Below are positions 22,143 through 31,394 of a stretch of DNA of 64,000 nucleotides, piece after piece. Position 1 is the first letter of the stretch; each line of letters starts with the position of its first letter. The position numbers and the translations under genes were made by a program. The DNA is taken from contig CAWAWS010000007.1 in the NCBI GenBank assembly GCA_963785725.1, positions 160,001 to 224,000 on the forward strand, written 5' to 3'. The DNA comes from an uncultured delta proteobacterium (GTDB taxonomy: Bacteria; Myxococcota_A; Polyangia; Palsa-1104). The notes below the pieces were generated by a model. It saw nothing but the letters and a program-made list of their open reading frames with translations, did not search any database and was not told where the DNA came from.

Positions 22143-24504
22143 GCGCGCCCACGAACGCGAGCAGCAGCAGCCACGCCATCCCCGACGACTGCGCGGGCTC
22201 GGTGCCGGCATAGCTGCAGCCGCCGCTCTTCTTCGGCGGCGCCTCGCCCATGTCGGGCGCGTCCTGACCGACGGGCGCGCTCATGTCCGGCGTGCCGGCG
22301 GTGCACTGGCAGCTGCCGGAGACGCAAGACGCGCTCGCCGGGCAGCTCGACATGGGCGTGCACGTGGTCCCGTCCGGCACGTCGCTGCCGACGCAGTTGC
22401 CGTTGCCGTCGCAGGCGGCGTTCTGCTGGCAGTCGTTGGCCAAGGTGCAGCTCTTGCCCTTCGCGGACAGCGTCTGCGTGCAGCTGCCGTCGGTCGCGCT
22501 GCAGCTGACCTCGTGGCAATCGTCCATCGGCGTGCACTTGGGCGTGCCGATGCAGGTGCCGTTCGTGCACGTGCCGTTGATGATGCACAGGTCGTTGGGG
22601 CAGGCGGTGCCGTTCTTCGTGTCGGTGGTGCTGCAGTTGCCGTGCTGATCGCAGATGCCGATCTTGCACTCGTCGCTGCTGCTGCAGTTCGTCGTCGGCA
22701 GCGGCGTGCCCGTGCCGTCGACGCACACGCCGTCGCTGCAGGTGCCGGAGCTGGCGTTGACGTAGCAAGCCGTGCCGCCGCAGGCGCTGCCGGTGAGCGG
22801 CGTGGAGACGCAGTCGCCGGTCTTGGCGTCGCAGCTCGGCGTGCTGTTGCAGTCGACGGCGGTGCAGCTCTTGGGCGGATACTGGCAAGCGCCGTTCGAG
22901 CAGCTGGCGCCTTGCGCGAGATGGCAGAGGTCGGCGGGCGTATCGCAGGTCGTGCCGCAGCCGCCGCAGTTGGCGACGCTCGTCTTGGTGTCGATGCAGA
23001 CGCCGTTGCAGTTGGTCTGGCCGGTCGGGCAGCAGAGGCCGCTGCTGCAGCTGTTGCCGCTCGGGCAGACGGTGCCACACGCGCCGCAATGGGTGGCGTC
23101 GGTCTGCTCGTTGACGCAGGAGCCGCCGCAGTTGGTCGTGCCGGTGGCGCAGCAGACGGCCGACTGGCAGGTGCTGCCCGTCGCGCAGGCATTGCAGCTG
23201 CCGCAATGGGTCGGATCGGTCTGCTCGTTGACGCACGTGCCGCCGCAGTTGGTCGTGCCGGCGCCGCAGCACTTGCCGTTCGAGCAGCTGGAGCCGGCGC
23301 CGCAGGCGATGCCGCAGCCGCCGCAGTTATTGCTGTCGGTCTGCTCGTTGACGCAGGCGCCGCCGCAGTTCAGCGTGCCCGAGGCGCAGCACTTGGCGCT
23401 CGAGCACGTCGAGCCGGTGGCGCACGTGGTGCCGCAGGCGCCGCAGTGGCTCGAGTCGTTGGCTTCGTTGACGCAAACGCCGCCGCAGTTGACGAGCCCG
23501 GCCGCGCAGCACAGACCCTGCTGGCAGGTGTCGCCGCTCGGGCAGGCGTTGCAGCCGCCGCAATGGTTGGAGTCGGTCTGCTCGTTGACGCAGGCGCCGC
23601 CGCAGTTGGTGAGGCCGCCGCCGCAGCAGACGCCGCCTTGGCAGCTGTCGCCGGCGGGACAAGCGGAGCAGCTGCCGCAGTGGTTGATGTCGGTCTGCTC
23701 GTTGACGCAGGCGCCGCCGCAGTTGGTGAGGCCGCCGCCGCAGCAGACGCCGCCCTGGCAGCTGTCGCCGGCGGGACAGGCGGAGCAGCTGCCGCAGTGG
23801 TTGGCGTCGGTCTGCTCGTTGACGCAGACACCGCCGCAATTGACGAGGCCGGCGGCGCAACAGACGCCCTGCAAGCAGCTATCGCCGGCCGGGCAAGCGG
23901 AGCAGCCGCCACAGTGATTGACGTCGGTCTGCTCGTTGACGCAAGCGCCGCCGCAGTTGGCCATGCCCGGCGCGCAGCAGATCCCGCTCGTGCACACGCT
24001 ATTGGCGCCGCTGCACTGAACGCCGCAGGCGCCGCAGTCATTGGCATCGGTGGTCTTGTCGTGACAGACGGAGTTGCAGCAGATGCCGTTGGCGCCGCAC
24101 GAATTGCCGCAGGCGCCGCAATTGTTCGGGTCCGACGTGGTGTCGACCTCGCAGTCGTTGCTGGCGAGCAGGTCGCAGTTCGCTGTTCCGACTGCGCAAT
24201 CGGTCAGCTCGCACTGGTAGCAAGTGCCGCCGTCGGCGGTACAGAGATAGTAGTCCGTCGAATCGCCCGTGCTCGGGCAGTCGGAGTCCACGGTGCAGGT
24301 CGACTTGCAGCCGAGGACGCCGCCGCCGGTGGGCTTCACTGTCGTCGCGATAGTGGCGGAATGCGGTACCTCGGCGCCTAAGACGGTGGCCGTGCCGAGC
24401 GGCGAATCCAATGCCTTTTGCGGCAGCGGACTGTCACATCCCGATGCCCAAGCGGCAAACAAAACGACTAATGCGGACGAACGAACACGAAATGAAAATA
24501 GCAC
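22105..24504 (-). CDS. Cys-rich repeat surface protein with MYXO-CTERM-like C-terminal sorting signal
   Basis: N-terminal signal/lipobox ASGC; about 11 Cys repeats; tail KKSGGCSY-spacer-hydrophobic helix-RRARASRR. Confidence 0.85.
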   Translation of the reverse strand: MLFSFRVRSSALVVLFAAWASGCDSPLPQKALDSPLGTATVLGAEVPHSATIATTVKPTGGGVLGCKSTCTVDSDCPSTGDSTDYYLCTADGGTCYQCELTDCAVGTANCDLLASNDCEVDTTSDPNNCGACGNSCGANGICCNSVCHDKTTDANDCGACGVQCSGANSVCTSGICCAPGMANCGGACVNEQTDVNHCGGCSACPAGDSCLQGVCCAAGLVNCGGVCVNEQTDANHCGSCSACPAGDSCQGGVCCGGGLTNCGGACVNEQTDINHCGSCSACPAGDSCQGGVCCGGGLTNCGGACVNEQTDSNHCGGCNACPSGDTCQQGLCCAAGLVNCGGVCVNEANDSSHCGACGTTCATGSTCSSAKCCASGTLNCGGACVNEQTDSNNCGGCGIACGAGSSCSNGKCCGAGTTNCGGTCVNEQTDPTHCGSCNACATGSTCQSAVCCATGTTNCGGSCVNEQTDATHCGACGTVCPSGNSCSSGLCCPTGQTNCNGVCIDTKTSVANCGGCGTTCDTPADLCHLAQGASCSNGACQYPPKSCTAVDCNSTPSCDAKTGDCVSTPLTGSACGGTACYVNASSGTCSDGVCVDGTGTPLPTTNCSSSDECKIGICDQHGNCSTTDTKNGTACPNDLCIINGTCTNGTCIGTPKCTPMDDCHEVSCSATDGSCTQTLSAKGKSCTLANDCQQNAACDGNGNCVGSDVPDGTTCTPMSSCPASASCVSGSCQCTAGTPDMSAPVGQDAPDMGEAPPKKSGGCSYAGTEPAQSSGMAWLLLLAFVGALSVRRARASRRG
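22960..24150 (-). repeat. Intragenic tandem repeats of 117-120 bp (39-40 aa, CVNEQTDxxHCGxC)
   Basis: Seven exact CVNEQTD copies plus variants; two adjacent units (about 23575-23808) nearly identical in DNA. Confidence 0.9.
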
Positions 24505-24537
24505 GAACGGACGCTACTGAAGTCGTACTGCAATATC

Positions 24538-24553
24538 GGTGAGCGTGATCACC
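24538..24553. promoter_or_regulatory. Palindrome GGTGA-N6-TCACC (CRP/FNR-family-like spacing)
   Basis: Perfect inverted repeat in the divergent intergenic region 24505-24655. Confidence 0.4.
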
Positions 24554-24619
24554 GTTGCTCGAGATAATCGAGATATGCGTCAATTCGCCGCATAACGACG
24601 CCTCGCGGAGATAGACCGC

Positions 24620-24647
24620 TTGACCGCGGACGCGCCGCCGATATGAT
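24620..24647 (+). promoter_or_regulatory. Candidate sigma70 promoter TTGACC-N16-TATGAT
   Basis: Near-consensus boxes ending 8 nt upstream of the TTG start at 24656. Confidence 0.5.
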
Positions 24648-24655
24648 GCACGCCG

Positions 24656-25480
24656 TTGCGTACCCTAGTCGCGTTATTCGTGTCGTTTTTCGTCGTTTCC
24701 ACTGCTTTCGCGCAGACGCCGCCCAGCGACGCGCAGCGCGCCGAAGCGCGCGCTCGCTATGAAAACGGCACGCGCAAATTCGACGTCGGTAAGTACGACG
24801 AAGCAGCGCACGAGTTCGAGACCGCTTACGAGATCGTCGGCGCGCCGGAGATATTGTTCAATATCGCCCAGTCGCTGCGACTAGCGGGTAAATACGAGCG
24901 CGCTCTATTGTTCTATCGCAATTATTTGAGGCGCAAAGAGAACCCCGATAATCGCGCCGAAGTCGATCGCCGCATCATCGAAGTGCAAGACAAGCTCGCC
25001 GAGCAGCAGCGGCAGAACGAGCAGGCGCAGGCGGCGCAAGCAGCGACGGCGCAGCCGACCGCGCCGGTCGCGGCGACGGTGGCGCCGACGGTCGAGGTGA
25101 CGCCGCCGCCGGTCGCGACGCCGCGTCCGCTGCCGCGTTGGCTCAAGCCGTTGTCGGCCACTTTGTTGGCAGTCGGCGTGGCCGGCATTGGCGCCGGCGT
25201 TGGCCTATCACTGTTAGCGAAGTCGGAATCGGATGATGTGCAAAAGGCGGCGGCCGCTCATCAAACATTCGATAATTCACTATTGAACAAGCAAAAGGCG
25301 GGACAGACCTACGACGCCGCGGCCATTGCCGCTTACGCGGTCGGCGGTGTGCTCGCCGTCGGTGGCGCCGTCGGTCTGACGCTGGCGCTGCGCCATCATG
25401 GCGGCGAGCGGGCGGTCGCGGCATTGACGCCGACCTTTGGCCCGACCAGCGCCGGCCTTCAGCTCGCGGGAAGCTTCTAA
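24656..25480 (+). CDS. Exported TPR protein with two Gly-rich hydrophobic segments and terminal Phe
   Basis: Signal peptide (TAFA), ILFNIAQSLRLAG...YRNYL, Pro/Ala linker, ends LQLAGSF; TAATG overlap with next gene. Confidence 0.85.
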   Translation: MRTLVALFVSFFVVSTAFAQTPPSDAQRAEARARYENGTRKFDVGKYDEAAHEFETAYEIVGAPEILFNIAQSLRLAGKYERALLFYRNYLRRKENPDNRAEVDRRIIEVQDKLAEQQRQNEQAQAAQAATAQPTAPVAATVAPTVEVTPPPVATPRPLPRWLKPLSATLLAVGVAGIGAGVGLSLLAKSESDDVQKAAAAHQTFDNSLLNKQKAGQTYDAAAIAAYAVGGVLAVGGAVGLTLALRHHGGERAVAALTPTFGPTSAGLQLAGSF

Positions 25481-26574
25481 TGCGGTTGGCGACTGTTTCA
25501 TTATTGCTGTTGAGTGGCTGCTATTCGCCGAAGATTGGCACCGGCGACTTCAAGTGCGCGCCGCCGGCCAATCTATGCCCGTCGGGCTTCGTCTGTCTCG
25601 AAGGCGCCTGCTATAGCGCCGCTTCGCCGCCGACGTTCGATTTGTCGATGGGTCCGTTCGCCGGCGACGGCAGCGGCGGCGCGCTCGATCTGACGAGCAT
25701 GAGCGGCGCGTTGACCTTCAACACCGACACCGGCGAAGTGCGATTCACGCCCGACAGCGGCGGCACCGGCACCTCGATGGTGCCCGCCGGCGGCGGCGGC
25801 TATAAGAAGATCAACCAGCCGTCGGGTGGTCCGGCTGTCGGCATGTGGCAATTCACGAGCGTGACGATTCCGGCGACCGTGACCGTGCGTCCGTTCGGCA
25901 CCAGCCAGAGCATCTTCGCGCTCGCCGTCAAAGACACGATGACGCTCGCCGGCAGCATCGATTGGCGCGGCTTTGGCGGTCCCGCCGGTCTCGCCAACGC
26001 GGCCGGCAGCGGGCGCGCGTCGGGCGTGATGTCCGGTGGCGGCGGCGCGACCGATACGACCGGCTCGGGCGGCGGTGGCGCGGGCCACGCCGCGATGGGC
26101 GGCGCCGGAATGGGCGCGGCCCCGGGCAGCGGCGGAATGAGCTACGGCGCGCCCGATCTCGTGCCGGTGCACGTCGGTTCCGGCGGCGGCGGCGGCGGCA
26201 GCGGCGGCGGTCTCGGCGGCGGCGCGGTCGTTCTGCTCGCCACCAAGCTCATCATCACCGGCAGCATCGACGTCTCCGGCAACGCCGGCAAGAACGCCGA
26301 CTCGACGGCGACGACGCCGGCGGGCGGCGGCGGCGGCGGCTCGGCGGGCAGCATCTTGATCAGCGGCGGCGACGTGCTCTTCGACACCGGCCATTCGCTG
26401 ATCGCGACCGGAGGCGCGGCCGGCACGGGCGCGGCCGGTGGCAGCAACGGCGGCGCCGGCTCCGACGGGCGCATCTGGGTCGGCGCGCAGACGCTCAACA
26501 TCACCGGCGGCACGTTGATGGCCATGCCGACCGAAGTGCGCGCGTCGACGCCGGTCTCGACCTTTCCCCGCTGA
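25480..26574 (+). CDS. Lipoprotein with small Cys knot and Gly-rich domain
   Basis: Lipobox LSGC; C-x6-CPSGFVC-x4-C; Gly-rich repeats ending DGRIW. Confidence 0.78.
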   Translation: MRLATVSLLLLSGCYSPKIGTGDFKCAPPANLCPSGFVCLEGACYSAASPPTFDLSMGPFAGDGSGGALDLTSMSGALTFNTDTGEVRFTPDSGGTGTSMVPAGGGGYKKINQPSGGPAVGMWQFTSVTIPATVTVRPFGTSQSIFALAVKDTMTLAGSIDWRGFGGPAGLANAAGSGRASGVMSGGGGATDTTGSGGGGAGHAAMGGAGMGAAPGSGGMSYGAPDLVPVHVGSGGGGGGSGGGLGGGAVVLLATKLIITGSIDVSGNAGKNADSTATTPAGGGGGGSAGSILISGGDVLFDTGHSLIATGGAAGTGAAGGSNGGAGSDGRIWVGAQTLNITGGTLMAMPTEVRASTPVSTFPR

Positions 26575-26640
26575 ATCGCCGGCTACTGAACGCGTTCGCA
26601 GCACTCGCTTCCGCGAAGTCCGCTGTTCGTCTCACCTGAA

Positions 26641-26702
26641 ATAAATTATCGGCAAAAAATTTGACCCTCATCCTCCTCGCCGGAGAATGGCCAGCGAGGA
26701 GG
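26641..26702 (+). promoter_or_regulatory. Candidate ftsZ promoter (AT-rich UP element, TTGACC-N16-GAGAAT) with overlapping anti-SD hairpin
   Basis: AT-rich tract 26641-26660; CCTCCTCGC (26672-26680) is complementary to GCGAGGAGG (26694-26702). Confidence 0.5.
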
Positions 26703-26709
26703 GACTCAT

Positions 26710-28040
<1,331 letters not shown>

Positions 28041-28057
28041 TCCAGTAAAGTAACGCC

Positions 28058-28627
28058 GTGCTCTTCCTCGAAGGGCTGGCGCGCCCACTCCTCGTCTGTC
28101 ACGCGATCAGCGCCGCGGTGCTCGTCGGCGCGGCCACGCATCATCTGCTGTGGTGCCGCCACTATTTGTCGGGCAGCTACGGTCGCATCAAGGCCGAGCG
28201 CCGCTTCGCCGCCATCAGCACGGCCGCGTTCGTGTGCACGTTCATCCTCGGCAACCTGCTCTACCCGACGTACAAAGTGCGCGTGCGCGCGCAATACTTC
28301 GACGACCCGAGCGCCATCGCCGCCGAGGTCAAGCTGCGCGACGCCGGCGCGCGCGACATCGGCATCGCGACGCCGCCTTTGCCGGCGACGGTGCGCTCGC
28401 TGTCGCCGGTGGCGCACGTGTTCGACATCAAGGAGCACTGGGTGGCGCTCGGCTGCATGGCGTCGATCGTGCTCTTCATCCTGTCGCGGCGCGCGCATCC
28501 GCGAGATCAACGCGGCGTCTTGCCGCTCTACCTCGGCTTGGCGGCGTTCCAATGTGGCAGCGCGTGGCTGGGCGCCGTCGTCGGGCTCGTGACCGCGTCC
28601 TTTCGCGCCGTCGGTGGGCCGTCATGA
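28058..28627 (+). CDS. Hypothetical membrane protein (about 4 TM, His residues in or near helices)
   Basis: Hydrophobic segments, GC-typical codons; ATGA overlap with next gene. Confidence 0.7.
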   Translation: MLFLEGLARPLLVCHAISAAVLVGAATHHLLWCRHYLSGSYGRIKAERRFAAISTAAFVCTFILGNLLYPTYKVRVRAQYFDDPSAIAAEVKLRDAGARDIGIATPPLPATVRSLSPVAHVFDIKEHWVALGCMASIVLFILSRRAHPRDQRGVLPLYLGLAAFQCGSAWLGAVVGLVTASFRAVGGPS

Positions 28628-28962
28628 CGGAGACGAAGCCCGAGCGCGTCTTTCTCGCCAGCTGCGCCGCGCTCATCGGCTACGCGCTGTTTTACGCGCT
28701 GCCGATTTACGCGCGTCTGCCTCGCATCTTCTACGATCCGATCGCGCGCCACTTCTTCATCGCCGCCGGCTCGACGCCGATTCCGATGGGCTATTGGGGG
28801 CAGATTTTGTGGGCGATGGGCGGCGCGCTCGCGTGCGCCGGCGTCACGCTCGTGCTCGCGCGCCGGCCGCCGAGCGCGCGCGCCTTCACGCTCGGCGCGG
28901 CCTGGACGCTGACGACGATCGCCATCGTGCTCGGCTATTTTACGTGGAACAACTGGCCGTAG
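28624..28962 (+). CDS. Hypothetical membrane protein (about 3 TM)
   Basis: MTETKPERVF...; hydrophobic; coupled to upstream gene. Confidence 0.7.
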   Translation: MTETKPERVFLASCAALIGYALFYALPIYARLPRIFYDPIARHFFIAAGSTPIPMGYWGQILWAMGGALACAGVTLVLARRPPSARAFTLGAAWTLTTIAIVLGYFTWNNWP

Positions 28963-28978
28963 CCGCTTCAGGAAACGC

Positions 28979-29006
28979 TTGCCTTCGATCGATCGACTCG
29001 TAGAAT
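28979..29006 (+). promoter_or_regulatory. Candidate promoter for histone gene, TTGCCT-N16-TAGAAT
   Basis: Near-consensus -10 ending 28 nt before the ATG; SD GGAG at 29024. Confidence 0.45.
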
Positions 29007-29034
29007 GCGGCCAAACCGGCGCCGGAGCGTTCAC

Positions 29035-29256
29035 ATGGCCAAGAGCAGCAAGCCCGTCAAGAAAGCGGCGAAGACCACGTCCAAAGAGATCCTCGTCGTC
29101 GGATCGAAGATGAAGGATGTCGTCAAAGCGGCGGGCTGCATGTCGTCGGCCGATCTGATCGAGGCGTTGTCGGCCAAGGTGCACGAGATCCTCGCCAACG
29201 CCGCCGAGCGCGCCAAAGGCAACGGCCGCTCGACCGTTCGCCCGTACGATCTGTAG
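29035..29256 (+). CDS. Bacterial histone-fold protein (Bd0055-like, short alpha3) with basic N-terminal tail
   Basis: EILVVGSKMKDVVK...SSADLIEALS...AAERAKGNGRSTVRPYDL; RxTxxxxD histone L2/alpha3 motif. Confidence 0.88.
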   Translation: MAKSSKPVKKAAKTTSKEILVVGSKMKDVVKAAGCMSSADLIEALSAKVHEILANAAERAKGNGRSTVRPYDL

Positions 29257-29259
29257 CTT

Positions 29260-30405
29260 CTAGCGATCCAAGAACGCGAAGTATTGCTCGGGCAGATCGT
29301 CGAACGTCGTCGGCGAATGGCAGGCCGTGCACGTCTGCGGCGGCGGCTTCTTGGCCGCGCCGAGCTCCGCCGTCGTCAGCAGCTTCTCCTCGTCGAGCCC
29401 ACAATGCGCACAGGAATAGGGCGCGAAGAACGACTCCACCGTTTGATGCTCGAGCAAATTGGTGATCAAGTTCGCCTGATGAATGAACGGGATCGGGCAC
29501 TCGAGCAGGAAGATCCGCTGCGTCTCCGGCAGCGCGCGCACGAAGTCGATCCACTTTTGCACGCTGTCGGACGAGATGCGGCGAAACGAGCGCAGCCGTA
29601 AGTACAGCGGCGTCGGCAGCTGCGTCAGCGGCGTCAGATCGGAGTCGGCGCGCAGCACGCCGTAGAGCTCGATGACCGTGCGCCCGGTTTCGGGCAGCGT
29701 GCGCCACGAAAACGGCCGGCCTTGCAGGAGCACGCGCAAATATTCGCGCAGCGCCGCGGCGTCGGCGGGCGTCGGCGACTCGAACGCCAGCGCCAGGCCG
29801 AACGACGGCGCGAACGACGTCGCGTCCACGCGCACGACGCGGCCGTGCAGCGTCAGCTCGCCGGTGCGGCCGGGCAGCGAGAAGCGAACGTCGAGCAGCG
29901 TGCCCGGCGCGGCCGAGCGGCGCGCCTTGAGCAGCATGCCGTGCTCGGAGAGGTCGACCGACGTGCCGATGTAGCTCTCGGCGTCGCTGTTCTCGGAGAA
30001 GACGTGGACGCGCACGGCGAAGCGCTCGTCCTCGCGCAAGGGCACGCCGAGCAGCTGGCCGACGAGCAGGCCGAGCACGCCGGGCGCGGCCGGCAATTCG
30101 ACGATGTCGGCGAAGCCGGCGGCGCGGGCCTGGCCGCGATCTTCGGCGGGCGCGCCGGCGGACGTGACGAGCACGACCGGGATGCCGAGGAAGCGCTTGT
30201 CGGCGCGGATGGCGGCGAGCGCGGACTCGGCGTCGCCGTCGGGCAGGACGCGGTCGACGAAGCAGAGGTCGGCGCCGTCGCGCAGCTTGGTGAGCAAGTC
30301 GTCGGTGTCGCGCGCGGTGACGAGGCGGAGGTCGCGGCGGCGCAGGAGGTCGCGATCGAAGTCGTGGGCCAGGTCAGGGTTGTGCGACGCGACGATGGTC
30401 TTCAC
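29260..30405 (-). CDS. Atypical receiver + PilZ + C-terminal domain with two CxxC pairs
   Basis: DLCFVDRVLPDGD (REC); REDER and DLSEHG (PilZ RxxxR, DxSxxG); CAHC...CTAC. Confidence 0.8.
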   Translation of the reverse strand: MKTIVASHNPDLAHDFDRDLLRRRDLRLVTARDTDDLLTKLRDGADLCFVDRVLPDGDAESALAAIRADKRFLGIPVVLVTSAGAPAEDRGQARAAGFADIVELPAAPGVLGLLVGQLLGVPLREDERFAVRVHVFSENSDAESYIGTSVDLSEHGMLLKARRSAAPGTLLDVRFSLPGRTGELTLHGRVVRVDATSFAPSFGLALAFESPTPADAAALREYLRVLLQGRPFSWRTLPETGRTVIELYGVLRADSDLTPLTQLPTPLYLRLRSFRRISSDSVQKWIDFVRALPETQRIFLLECPIPFIHQANLITNLLEHQTVESFFAPYSCAHCGLDEEKLLTTAELGAAKKPPPQTCTACHSPTTFDDLPEQYFAFLDR

Positions 30406-30576
30406 GGGGAAATGTTAACACATGGTTTGCCCTGCTCGGGCGGAGGCTAATGGCGACGGCTGGGGCGCGCGCGATCGTCCGGGCTTGTCGTCACCCGGAC
30501 GAGGCGACGACGGCGTCATCGTCATGAGCGGCGGTCTTTGGGGCAGCGGCTGAGCTGCTGCGCGCCCCTCGGCCGG

Positions 30577-31350
30577 TTAGAGCGAGGCGAGGAGCGCAGC
30601 GCGCATGACTTCGATCGGCGCGGGTTGGTTCGTCCACAGCTCGAGGGCGCGGGCGCCTTGGTGGAGCAGCATCGCCGTGCCGGTCGAGGCGCGGAGGCCG
30701 CGCGCTTGCGCGGCGCGGGTGAGCGGCGTTTCGCGGGCGACGACGAGGTCGAGGACCGTCGCGTGCGGTGGAAGATGCGTGAGGTCGGGTAGTGGCGCGG
30801 AGGGATCGAGGCCGCGAGGCGTGGCGTCGATGAGGAGATCGGCGTGGGCGCTCAGTGTCGCTAGTGATTCGTAGGACGCGGTGGGGATGGTGATGTTGCC
30901 GAGCGTAAAAGGACGCGGCGTGCGCGAGAGGATCGTCAGGCGCATCTGGGCATGGAGCGCGAGGGCGACGGCGCGGGCGGCGCCGCCGGAGCCGAGGAGC
31001 AGCGCGGTGCCGCCGGGCACGATGGCGCGCTCTTCGGTGGCCCAGGTTTGGAAACCGTGGACGTCGGTGTTGAAGCCGCGCGGCCTTTTGCCGTCGAAGA
31101 GGAGGGTGTTGACGGCGCCGACTTGGCGCGCGAGCGCGTCGGGATCGCAGAGGTGGTAGGCGGCCTCTTTGTGCGGGATCGTGACGTTGAGGCCGCGGAA
31201 GGTGGCGGTCGCGAGAAAGTGGGCGAGATCGGGCGGCGCGACGGCGTGGGCTTCGTAGGTCCAGGGCAGTCCGAGCGCGCTGAGCGCGGCGGATTGCATC
31301 GCCGGCGAGCGCGAGTGGGCGATGGGCCAGCCGATCACGCCCAGCCGCAT
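30577..31350 (-). CDS. aroE: Shikimate dehydrogenase
   Basis: HSRSP, NVTIPHK, GAVNT, NTD, GSGGAARA, MLLHQG. Confidence 0.95.
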   Translation of the reverse strand: MRLGVIGWPIAHSRSPAMQSAALSALGLPWTYEAHAVAPPDLAHFLATATFRGLNVTIPHKEAAYHLCDPDALARQVGAVNTLLFDGKRPRGFNTDVHGFQTWATEERAIVPGGTALLLGSGGAARAVALALHAQMRLTILSRTPRPFTLGNITIPTASYESLATLSAHADLLIDATPRGLDPSAPLPDLTHLPPHATVLDLVVARETPLTRAAQARGLRASTGTAMLLHQGARALELWTNQPAPIEVMRAALLASL

Positions 31351-31394
31351 CTAAACAGTCTCGTCTAGCTCGCGATCCATCGCGTCATCCAGCG

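Noticed and set aside
22960..24150. Periodic repeats as a CRISPR array or DGR template
   Set aside because: Repeats are in-frame coding units without unique spacers; no cas or reverse transcriptase gene in the window
25480..26574. PE-PGRS or collagen-like call for the Gly-rich proteins
   Set aside because: No PE domain and no Gly-X-Y periodicity; similarity is compositional only
14602..26709. Island as a prophage, transposon or integron
   Set aside because: No recombinase, transposase, phage gene, att-like repeat or tRNA seen
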